A stretch of DNA of 64,000 nt from Chrysomallon squamiferum (Eukaryota > Animalia > Mollusca), in NCBI GenBank assembly GCA_012295275.1, contig CM022668.1, positions 1,426,001 to 1,490,000 on the forward strand. The letters run 5' to 3'. Below are positions 51,951-64,000 of the stretch, piece after piece. Each line of letters opens with the position of its first letter. Positions within the stretch are counted from its first letter, which is position 1. Below the pieces are notes generated by a model, which did not search any database, had not been told where the DNA came from, and worked only from the letters and a program-made list of their open reading frames with translations. Made by a program: the position numbers and the translations under genes.

Positions 51951-52898
51951 ATATATGCAAAACATCAAAGAAACTTTAATATCGATGTAACTGTATGTAA
52001 TAACTCGAAATAAATGAATAAACAATTTTTCAATCATGACTCATACAGAATATGTATTTCACGTAGAAAAACATAAGATTGGTTATATACCGAGAACCAG
52101 CTAATACAGCATTAAACTGACTTTTTGTAGTCGAGATAGTGTTCTGTTAAAAAAAGTATAAAACACAACAGAAAAAATAAATAGTTTTTACAAAGTACGG
52201 AGCATAGCATTGACCGACATTTGTGAATAAATATAATTTTCAGTTGCCTCCCTTCTATCTGTGCTTTCTGCAACGTATATTAGTGGCTAAATTTTCATAG
52301 ATTTCAGTGAATAAATAAAACACTGACAGAAAATATTTGTTTAGTTAGCTAAAATATTGTTAATTTAATTTTTTTTTTTTTTTTGGTTTTCCTGTTTTTC
52401 TTAACTCAGTTAATGTGTTTGTCACCATCTACGTTGTAACTTTGTTACACACAATGACAACTCAGTGGGCACAGCCAGGTATTTTTATCAACATTATTTT
52501 TATTCACGTCACTAGGAGTAGTCTATATACAGGTGTTTCATTCACAAATCACCATTACGTCATTTCGTTAAATAAAATACAGTCACTAGTAAAATAATTA
52601 TTTTCATTTAAATAAGAAAAATCGAAAACATCAAAAAAGTGTTTTGTTGACGAGATAAATCAGATTGAATAGAACACGTTTTCAGCTGCGATTGTTTAAG
52701 GCGTGTCTTATGTACGTTAATATAGGTGTTGGTTCTTTTTTCAACTGAATCACAGACGTGAATTTAAGTGATGGGAAAGACAATGCGTTGTAAACTGGTA
52801 TGTTTCATTTTATTTATCATTTGTCTTTATCTTTGTTATATGAAAAGAGTTTCATAAAGTTCATTAGTAACGAGTATTATTGACAGCCTCTGTTCTTT

Positions 52899-52977
<79 letters not shown>

Positions 52978-53623
52978 CCCACACATCCACAGATCGGGTT
53001 ATTATTAATCTACTTTCAACGAAAAGTTAGGTGTGATCATAATTTATCGAATCTTCTTTTTAAAAAAAAAATTGATTATTTCTATTTTGACGTGAACTCA
53101 GTACTCTTGCATCTTATCTCTGGATAAATACCGGATGTTTGGCATTTTATGTCCTTATCCAAACATCTACAGTTCACGTTTGTAATGGATTTGAAAAATA
53201 ATAATAACGTCTACAGTTAAGATATGTTATGACGTCAAGACGTGGTATCAAAAACATTTAATTATAATGGAATGTGATAGCACAGTCTGCCAGGAAAAGT
53301 CAATATTTTTCACAGATGTATTTATTAATTATTTAATCAACTGCTGTATTGTTTTAAAATATGTATTGATATTAACATAACCAGATAAAATGATGTTGAT
53401 AAGAAAGCTGGAATGACCGTGGATAAAGTGGTTGTCAAGAGTATGAAAGTCATTTAGTACAAACGTGCACATGTCAGCTCCTTTACGTTTGGATACAGTA
53501 CTATGTTTAACACACCCTTTACTGTATTTTTTTTTTCTCTTTTTGTTTTTGCTTTTTCTTCTTCTTTGACAAGTATTGCACATTTCATTTTTATTATTAT
53601 TTTTTTTATTATTGTTTTTTAAC

Positions 53624-53675
<52 letters not shown>

Positions 53676-54954
53676 TTATATAATTATATATTTAATATAT
53701 TTATATAATTATATATTTAATATATTTATATAATTATATCTAAATTTGTTTCTTTTTGATAACTTTGGCATATGCTACATCATACTCTGTGATAAGACGT
53801 TCTTAGAATATCATTTTCCCCTGGTTATTTTTTATTGTCAGATATGCAGTACGTGAATTTATACACTGTAATTATAAGAAACATACACACACACACTGTT
53901 TTTATCACGAGTGTAAGAAATGTAAGAAAGTTTATTCTAAAGATATAGCAGTGACTTTAATTTATTTTCTTTCACGGTAATTATTTCATGTGGTAATTTT
54001 TGTTGGTCTATTTTCGAATAGTTCATATAAAGACTCATCCAGTGTAAAAGCATCATTAACATCTTTAAGACGTCAAACACATGTAAAATTCCATCTGAAT
54101 ACACATAAGCAACATGTAGAAAATCAATTTCACACGAGCATATGTACCAAAGACTTGGTGATAATCTGTTACCAAGGCAACTTGACTGCAGCAGAAAAAA
54201 TAATCATAACGTCTATGTCGTTATGCTAGTCTGTTGTTTTTAAAACCAGTGTAAGATGGGTTTTTAAAGGTCAGGTGCAAAACGTAAGTTTTCTGTAGTA
54301 CACACGTACGTATCTTAAACATATTTGTCTTTATGGAATATTGTTATATTGACTATTATTGTGTATGTGCGCTATAAAATAGTCCTTGGTACACCGTTAG
54401 ATTAAAAATTCTATACTACTTTTTCTGTGCTGGTGTTGCACTTTTTATATCTTATCTTCCCCAAATAAATAAATTAATCAAAGTTATTTCTAAAATTATT
54501 TAGAGCAGTATTTAAATACTGACCAGAAATGTGACCTACTGACTGAAGAGCAGAATGAGTTTGTTTCCTGTAATATCCGTGTACACACTGTGAGAGTATT
54601 GACGTGGGAAATACCACACTGGTTACAAATAGTTTTATTTTACGGTCGTTTTAACAGTTGGTGTGTTTTGTTGCCGAATCCGGTAATTCAAAAATAGCAA
54701 TATGAATAATAATCAAATGGTTGTTCATTAACAAAATAATATTTCCCAAACAGGTAAACATAGTTCTGTAAGAACCTGGAGTTTGGTGCGTAACGTACTA
54801 CAAACGTTTTGACAACAGACACAAGCAAATTTAATATTTGAAGGATGATAGGCGTTATTTTACGCGGCTTTGACCATTTTACTACTTCTTCATTTCCTTC
54901 TTTTAGACAGAGAAATATCAATTTGAATAATTTGAAATTTGATACTATACGTTT

Positions 54955-55031
<77 letters not shown>

Positions 55032-55329
55032 TTATTTGCGTTTAACTTGCCTTATTTATTCATGTTTCATTGTTTTGGAGCATTTGTTTTTTTGTTTTTT
55101 TTTCGTTGACATGCCTAAGCAGTTTGGTGCAACCTTAGTTTAAAAACAAATTACAGTTATACAAGAATTATTGTAAATGATTTCCGATTAGGTTATATAT
55201 TTATACCAACATTTTATAACATCCCAATAACCAGTAAAGGGTCAGCAATGTATGTGTTGGGTTGTCTGGCCAAATGCAGATTAATATTAGAGAAAGGAAC
55301 TGCAGTATTATTTACTGTATGTATACATG

Positions 55330-55382
<53 letters not shown>

Positions 55383-56382
55383 AAACATCTTTCTAATTAG
55401 TCCGAGAGGGGTTGTCAGAAACTATAGAATGTAATTAAATACAGATCTAGACGCGAAATGAAAAAAAAAAATGACAGTGCAGTGTGAAAGGTTACAAGGC
55501 ATACTTGGATTTGCTATTTATGTTTCCTCTTAGTATTATTATTGATTAAAATTTCTGTTATAGTAATGTGTAATATTACTTTTTTTTTTTTTTTAAATTA
55601 TTTGCTGACTAGTTGCTGAAGATCGATGATTATTCAGGAATAGCAACCTTTAAAAAATAATTCAAATTGATATCGTATTTATATATTATATAACCAATCC
55701 TTTCATAAAATGTGTAAAATCGCCCACACTGAATGCTAATTTTATACGACACAAATGTACCATTGTTCGTAATCGCTCGAAAACCGTAATCGCTCGAAAA
55801 CTACGAGTTTACATTAATTGGGATTTAGGTCACCAGTCCTGCTTTGCGTCGTCACAGGAGGGTCATGAAAGGATATTAAGATAAAGTTACGGACCTGATG
55901 TTGTAATTACAGACAACTCTGTTTTGAGGTTGGGACTGAATATGAATAGATTTCTGTTACGTAATTATGTTCTAAATTGAAAAATAGGTTAATGGGCATT
56001 CTTCTGTAAACATCAAGTGTCGTGCATCACGGCTATTAGCGGAATTTGTTCGTGTTCATCACATTACTGACATTTTCCACACGTTGATGACATTACAACT
56101 TGTTTTCTTTTTTGTTTTCTAACTGAGGAGTTTTAGTAGATTGTACTGCAAGTTTGATAGCGTAAAATTATTGAATCGTGAATTTACGACCATTTCGAAA
56201 AGGAGATAAAATTGGTGATTTCGTTTTCTACTTTTTCTCTTTTTTTCTTTTAAAGCTAAAACAACAAAAGAGGCTATAAAATGATTCAGGAAGAGAAAAC
56301 ATTGTTTTAAATGCAATTGTTCGAAGCAAGGAAAAACAATTCCTGTTACAATTTCTTGTTTGAAAAGTGAATTGTGACAATC

Positions 56383-59300
56383 ATGGGTTGTATTCACAGT
56401 GATCATATATCGTCTGGAATTTCGGAAGTTAAAGCTGTGTCATATAGCAGACGATCAAGAAAGCAGACAAACCAAGAACGTGAACATCTAAAAATGGTGG
56501 AAAGTTACGGTGAACATAGCCGAAAGGAAAACAATAAGGAAATTGCTGACAGTCAAAGTAAACAGTTGTCAAACATTTTACTGACAGATATAGATACCGG
56601 TTCACAGCAACATCCAACTCACAGCTGCAAACTTCATCACATGTCTAGATTCCCAGCATGGAGAAAATATGAAAAATGTTCCTTCTGTGTCTTCAAAGAA
56701 GGTCGCCGGCTTAGCGCAGAGGAAGATGTCATAAAAATTACGAGCAGAAGCCAAAAATCGAGTTTGTGCAAACGATGTTCACGGACACCCAAACCACCAG
56801 CAGTACAGTGTTACCCAAATAATCATAATACTAATTGCAAAAAGCCAATCAACGTATCCTCATTCGCCAACTTGCTAGCTCTGGTATGTTTATATGTTGT
56901 TTCGTTCAATAGTGTCCAAGTCACTTGTGTCTGTATCATTTTATGGGCGTCATTTGGTTGGGTAAAGGGGCTGAGAACATTGTAAATTTGTAGCTATCTG
57001 GAATGATGGGAAATATATGCAATGAAAAAGGATGAATTTAATTTATTTTAAAAATTTTAAATTAAAATATATATATAAATTATTATTATTATTATTATTA
57101 TTTATTTTGTTTTTTGTTGTTTGGTCTTTTATTATAATTTTATTTTACTTTATTGTTGTTGTTGTGGTTGTTGTTGTTAAGTTGATAATTAGCAGTGACT
57201 GTTCATCATATTTTGGTTTTCAAAGAGGTAAAACTTCATTTGACACTCTATTGCAATGCAGCAAACATCAACTGCAATTGAAAATACATAGATCTTCTGA
57301 AAGATGAGTGATGGTGTGAATGGTGTTAGATAAAATGACAAGGCACATTTTAGATGAATCAGGTGAAATTTCTAACAAAAGAGGAAAATAGCTCAGCCAA
57401 AGCGACCACAGATGATACTGACTGATCAAATTATCCTTCATTTGTACACACCACAAATTTTTAAAATTCAGTTGATACTCATGCCACACATGTTATTTAA
57501 TATCTTGCTAATTATTCTGTTGGCTGGTAAATGAAATACATATGTTTGTAATTTCCTGTTGGGTGGGGGTTGTTTAAAAAATGACTGGAAAAAAGTCATA
57601 ATCTAGTAGAGGAAAAACATCATAGGAAAAAAAGTCACAAAATATATGGGTTTGTAGCGTATTGAATGTGGCATCATAGTATTATACATGGGGTAATTTT
57701 TAAGCTTATTGATTAGGCTAGATTAAAGAAATGGACTTCATAATGGGTCTAGCTTGGGTTAGCTTACTGATTAGGATAGATTTAAACTAAGGGCTGCCTA
57801 TTGATTTATAAAATGTCCCTGGTTAAAATGTGTTATTCACTATATATTCTCTATCTTGCTCTTGTATCAGAAGTATGTTTAATATGGAAGTTATTCATAG
57901 CAATAAGGGTCGGAACAAAATCTGTTATGAGGGGTTCATGTATACCAAACATGCAACTTGCAAAACAAAATTGTGGTGGAAATGCATCAAAAGATCTAGT
58001 TGTAATTGTCGAGGTTCAATGATAACAGACTTACAGAGACTGGCTTGAGGACCACAGTTTGCGACACTGGCAGAATTTCATCCACCAACATTAAAATCAA
58101 AGAACATGTGTTTCATCTATCTTTCATTTCTAATATATTTCTTAATTTTAATAAAAATTGTGACTTTTTTCCTAGAATTGTTTAAAGACACAGTTTATAT
58201 GAATCAATAGAAATTTTCTTCAGATCGCAACCAATCCAGTCTTACGAACACTTTTTGTGATATGGTTGAAATGCATGTATGCACCAAATTCTACTGCTTT
58301 TCAAAATCTGGTTCACAGATAAATATCTTAATCTGATTGTTTTCACTGTAATGTATTAATAACAGTTGTATGATTGAGACTGTATAGAGATTTATGTTTG
58401 TCACCATTTTACAAATAGTAATATTTTTATGAAATAATGTATTCTTTTATAGTTTTGTATCAGAAAAAATAAGCACAAAGAATTTAATATAAAATTAAAC
58501 AAGAGACTTCAACAATGATGTGTAATTTGCTATCTAGAATATGTTCACATATTGTATTATCCATATAATAACATTGGCATAATTTACCTTAAACAGTTCC
58601 AGCATGTAAAACATTTCTTCACAAAAAAAGGAGAATGGAGTTAATAGAATCAGGAAACTGTATATATATATATATATTTCACATAAATCTTTCTTTAATT
58701 CTGTATTTCTATAAATGCACTGAAATTATTTCTGTTCCTAAATAAAACTAACATTTTTGATTTTTAAATATTTTTTGAATTGCATAATCATTTGGAGTTT
58801 TGTAATGACACTGTCTATCCATGGTAGCTAAAAAGTCTTAGACTAATTAATTAATTCATTAATTATATTAAAAATAATAATAATTAAGTTTTTTGAAATT
58901 GATGTATTTGTTATAAACTGAAAGACTAAAATTGAAAATTAAAGGACTTTTTACCAAAACTATATTCTTATTAGTTTATATTATTAGTTTATTTGAGTTT
59001 TTAATAAAAACCATTTGTCACATTTCTTTGTTTTATCAGTGCTAAGTAAACATTAATTTTTATTTCAGTCTGCCCTTGATCTGACAGCTCCAGCTAGTGA
59101 TGCTCTGCTGAAGAACAGGAAGAATGCCTGGATACAGCTGGCTGGACACCCAGGTAACAATTATTGTTAGCTAGACATCTGTCACAGTGCTTGTAATGCA
59201 TTAAAACAAAAGAATTAATGGTGTTTAAATGTGGTGACTGGAAAAAAAGTCACAGGAACAAAGGTCATAAAATGTAAGGGTTTGTAGAGTACTGAATGTG

Positions 59301-59842
59301 GCATCATGGTTTGCATGTGGTAATTGTTAAGCTTATTGATTAAAGAAAGAATCTTCACATTGAGTCTAGCTTGGGTTTAGCTTACAGATTAGGATAGAGG
59401 AATTTGAGGATGGTGTACTGCGAGCTGTCCTTGCTGTCTTTGGTTACAAATAAGGGATTCTTCTATCTTCTGACACAAAGCACCTGGCCTAAGGTTCAGG
59501 ACTTAGGCTTGGGTCCACACTACATGGCCGAAGCTGAATTTTGCCTGTTCTGTTATATGAGGGATGCTCTTGCCATTTTGCCGTTAGATCAAACTGAGGA
59601 GGGATGGAATATCTAAAAGCTGTCATGCTGCAAGATCCACCTAAAATCAAGGACTTACGTACTTTGATTGTACATATGTCAGTGGTTCTTTCCGACAGAC
59701 TCAGCAGATAGTGCATTTGGCTGTTTGTGAATGTATATTTATATGTGTGAGTGTATGTATGTTTATGTGTGTGAGTGTATGTATGTTTATGTTTTTGTAT
59801 GTATTTATTAATAATCTAAATTAGATAATATATATAAATTAC

Positions 59843-59873
<31 letters not shown>

Positions 59874-62800
59874 AGAAAGATAGAGAGAGACAGAGAGATA
59901 ATGTTATTTAATTGTTAACGTTTTCAAAAACCTACCCCATTTATATTCAATGATGTGAATATTTATTAAATATTATGCAACATTATTTGAACACAGTTAT
60001 TACATGGATAAAGGCTGCTATGAAGTATTATTATAAAACTGTTATTTGAAGATTTGTTTATTGAATTATATTTTAGGCTCCTTTGCTCCTGCAGGACCAA
60101 ATACAATATGGAAAAAACGCATAGCCAAAGAAAACTATGAGACAAAGGCATATGAAGCTTTAATGGATGATCCAAACACTGACAGCATCATTCCATGTTT
60201 CTACAGAGAAGTAGAATACAATTCTGAATGTATCCTTGGCAACAACAAAATATTTTTAATTAAAGATTACTTTTAACTGGGGTTGTACTCCTTTTTCACT
60301 TTCTGTCATTTTAAAATTTTTCAGAGATTGGCTATATATATTTTTTTCCCTGTTTTTGTGCATTTATTAAGAGAAAAAGGAAAAAATATTTTCTAGAGGA
60401 AAATTAATTATTCTTAACTGTTTGGGTAGATAATGTTGCTATTTAAAATCATAATGATTTAGATTCTCCATTACAATTATGGATTCAAGCCATATAGAAA
60501 CTGATCTGGAAAGAAATTACATGTAGCTGAGGTCCAAAAAACATCAATCATATTTTTTATCTTAACAGCTGTCAGATTTTATAGAAATTGAGGATCTTTT
60601 ACAGCATTTTACTGATCCTAATATTATGGATATCAAAATGGGCAAAAGGTAAAATTGATTTGATTATTATGAACTGTATTTCACTATTAATGTATAGCTT
60701 TGTTCTTTGTTAAATGTTACCAAAGATAGCCTAGTTTCATTCAACTTTTATTTCATTTATTAGAAATAAAGATGTCCATTCTTCTTTTTTAATGCACAAT
60801 AAAGATAATTCTGCTTACACAATCTCTAGTTTTATCAAATAAATTTTATTAGCCCTTTAGGCCTTTACTTGGCTTTCAAAAAAGATTTATATTTTCAGAA
60901 ATCAGCCATAGTTTTTCATACATGTCTATTGTTAATTTCTAATAATGTTATAACATGTCCGTGCATTTTAAATTCTAAACACATTTTGTTCTGTTGTACC
61001 ATATCAGTAGGGACATTTCTTTGTGACAATGTATCTAATTAGCAACTAATAATAATTATTTTGATTTCTGCAAAATATTTATATGTGTTATGATCATATT
61101 ATCGGGTTTACTAAAAATGAAGAAAACATTTCTTATTAACTTTGCATGATATATATTAGTAGAAATGTAGAAAGAGAAAGAAAATAGCTTCATAACTTTT
61201 TACATTTGCAGAACATTTCTTGAATCTGAAGTGAAAAATCCAGTACTACGTAAAGATTTGTATGAGAAGATGGTGGCCTTAGACCCTAATGCTCCCACAG
61301 CAGAGGAACGACAAAACCAGGCAATCACCAAACTCAGATATATGCAGGTGTGTTTTAAAACAGATATCTGTCCATCTGACACTTAATTATAAACCTATTT
61401 AGATTTGGTTTATACTGGTTTATAATTAGGAAGTATACAAAGAAACAGTTATTTTGAAGCTTGATAATTCTTTTCAATTTAAAATTTAAGTTTTTAAATT
61501 TCTTCCAAGTAATTAAAATAACAACAACTATATATTAATTAACTAAATCCTGTATATAGATACAACAACATCCATACAAAATGTAATAATAATAATAAAC
61601 CTAAATTTGTTTTTTTTTCAGCTGGTTTATTCATAAATTTCAAACACAGATGATAATTTTTACTTTGCTAACAAAATTTGTTTCTTGATTTTCAGTTTCG
61701 TGAGCAAGAAAGTTCAACAGCAGATTTAGGTTTTAGAATTGAAGGCATTAGGGTAAGTACTGTAAGAAATACTGAGAATGGTGTTCTTTACTTTTACATA
61801 GCATTTCTTAGAACCATGTTTCTTGTCTATTGGTCATTTATTCAGTAACATTTTGTTTAATATATATGTTGTAACAGTAAAATAGAGTATTTAAAATATA
61901 TATATAGATATATTTTTTTTATTTTTTTTATTTTTTTTATTTTTTTTTTTTTGCAAATTCTTTATTTTCAAAGTCCAGATGAACTGCCATGGTAAAACAG
62001 TTTCAAAATACAAAAACATTCTATATCTGTGATAAGTTACAATTCACAAAACTCAGGTATGGTTCATATGTGAGTTGCTGATGCTGGACAGTTCAATTTT
62101 TTTCTTTTAATAATTGATTTTAAAGTTATGTAAGTGTTCCAAAATAAGTGTTTTTATTATTACAGAGAGCTGGTGAAATGCCAAACACAAATCTAAAGAA
62201 AGTTAAAACCAAGGAGCAGGTATTTTAATTTTAATAATTTTTTTTTTTTAAACTTTGATCTATAGTTACTGTTCTTTGGTGTATTCCATTATATAACTAG
62301 TGAAAACAAATGTAATTATACTATTCACAGTCATATTTCAGAGTAAAATCAAAAATATTTTTATCTATAATATTTTTTTTTCCTTCATGGTAATTGTAGA
62401 AGCAAATATGTAAAACAAATTAAATTTGTGAAACACAGGGAAATGGATTATTTTCAGTAAAATCATTTTAGAATAGATCACTGCAATTTTCATGATTATA
62501 CACAAAAGTGATTTTGAAAAGTCTACTTGTATAATGAATATCTGCTGTGTATTTCTAGTTAAATGTTTGGCACTTAAACTTTGTAGACACTTTTTTTGTA
62601 ATCTTTTCACTTTTTAAAATGTAATCAAGGAGTTTTTTGTTTCCTTTTTAGGTAGCAAAAGTTATCACACAGTTTTTAGGGTCAAGCAAAGCATTGCCAG
62701 CAATATATCATCGTCTCTGTGATATAAGACATAGATTTGAAAGTTCACAGTTTTTCACTACACATGAGGTAAATATTATTAATGAAAAATTAAGTTACAA

Positions 62801-63474
62801 GTACTTGTAGTTTCAGTGAAAACAAACATAGTAATTATATTATAGGCTATTCCTTTGTGCTGTAGAATACTAATTTATCAAATTAAAGCCAAAACTTAAA
62901 TTTTCTCCATTATTAAAAATCTACCAAAAAAAAATAAAAAATGATATGAAATTTTCAAAAGTCTGTGCATATAAATTCAAAGATAAAAAAAAAAAAATCA
63001 TAAAAATCTTGGATGTGTGAACTGATTCATTTAATGATACATTTAATTTTGTATGTTTATTTTAGATTATTGGAAGTTCACTGCTTATTATGTATGACAA
63101 AAATGATAAATCAGGTGTTTGGATGATAGACTTTGCCAAAACAATTCCAGTAGAAGCAGGAATGGTTTTAAATCACCGATCACCATGGCAACTAGGCAAC
63201 CATGAAGATGGTTATCTGAATGGATTGGATAGTTTGATAGAAGTGAGGCTTTATTTATTATTTATTTTATTTTTAAAGAAGATAATGTTTATATCTGTGA
63301 AGTCTAGATTTTTCTATGAAGATTGTTTACTATTAAAACGAAGAAGATAAAATATATTAATAATCAGTATTTTATAAGCTGTTTATTCACTGATTGTTTT
63401 ATTAAAGTTTATTTTCTTTTGTTTAGATTTGTGAAGATTTGCTTAGAGAGCAGAATTCAAATATAACGACTTGA
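56383..63474 (+). CDS. Inositol-1,4,5-trisphosphate 3-kinase (IPK family, invertebrate IP3K-like), ~466 aa
   Basis: Exons 56383-56883, 59069-59153, 60077-60229, 60576-60648, 61212-61347, 61696-61752, 62166-62219, 62652-62768, 63066-63242 and 63427-63474 total 1401 nt in frame. Motifs: [47 protein letters not shown] and NHEDGYLNG. The N-terminal exon is less certain. Confidence 0.92.
57583..58174 (+). mobile_element. Internally deleted Mutator-like (MULE) element retaining a FLYWCH zinc-finger fragment
   Basis: Inverted repeats taggaaaaaaagtcacaa (57623-57640) / ttgtgacttttttccta (58158-58174). ORF 57884-58048 [23 protein letters not shown]...[20 protein letters not shown] is FLYWCH-like. Confidence 0.75.
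59234..59400 (+). mobile_element. Second partial copy (left end) of the same MULE-like element
   Basis: gactggaaaaaaagtcac...gggtttgtag...tgaatgtggcatcat...aagcttattgatta...gtctagcttgggtt..gctta..gattaggataga matches 57583-57780. Confidence 0.75.
60230..60575 (+). other. U12-type GT-AG intron in the IP3 3-kinase gene
   Basis: 5' site |GTATCCTT, branch point TATCTTAAC 9 nt before the 3' junction, and no polypyrimidine tract. It joins [14 protein letters not shown] in frame. Confidence 0.88.
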
Positions 63475-64000
63475 AAATAAGACTGTTTTTACGAGGTCAT
63501 TTTCTAACACCAGGAACAAATGTGTCAAGGAGAAATGAATTTTGGTTGACTGTGTTTTGCAGCAGATGCATTTTGTTACGTTGTTTTGTTGACCAAGTTT
63601 CAGTTTGTGTGCAGTGACCATTCCTGCTAGCAGCTCATTATTCCATAAGAAAAGGAAGTTCTGGATGATTCCCATGGATTTTCTATTACAGAAACAACAG
63701 TTTTCTACCTCGTGTCATCTGAGATAAGGCAAGAAAATAAACTACTGCATCATTGTTATAAACAGCATACTGAACTTAAGATATATTTATATTTAGTAAC
63801 CTTTATTTTAAGTCTCCTACGTTCATGAATGAAAGCTTCTTTCACAATCACCCAAGTGGTTGTCTGTTTTTGTTTTGTTTTCTGAAACTGTAGACATTTT
63901 AAGTTATTTAACTATTCTTATTAAATATCGTGAAGTTTCGCTGGTTCCTGAAATCATTGTCAATTGATTGTTACAGTTTTGTTTTTACATTCTTATTTGT

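Noticed and set aside
56884-56985. Hydrophobic C-terminal tail of the 203-aa ORF as a stand-alone membrane protein
   Set aside because: It is read-through past the donor ctg|gtatgt; splicing to 59069 continues the IP3K sequence [15 protein letters not shown].

Overview
AT-rich, microsatellite-laden eukaryotic (metazoan) genomic DNA. It is probably a gastropod mollusc, judged only from a recalled SINE-like repeat. The ORF track is mostly noise, so genes were reconstructed by hand from splice sites. Six intact genes are present: a divergent Rab5-supergroup-like GTPase (+), a CD225/dispanin membrane protein (+), a TM-SPFH/Band-7 protein (+), importin beta-1 KPNB1 (-), DNA primase small subunit PRIM1 (-) and an inositol-trisphosphate 3-kinase (+). 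Less obvious content: (i) five intronic C/D-box snoRNA candidates from two families in KPNB1 introns, with guides to 28S and 18S rRNA, one only ~51 nt long; (ii) a decayed, tandemly duplicated divergent homeobox gene at the window start; (iii) two minor-spliceosome (U12) introns, AT-AC in PRIM1 and GT-AG in the IP3 kinase, plus a GC-AG intron in PRIM1; (iv) candidate phase-0 alternative first exons for the IP3 kinase; (v) a hAT-like MITE, MULE/FLYWCH remnants and a minisatellite with higher-order structure. No database searches were run; family assignments rest on recognised motifs.
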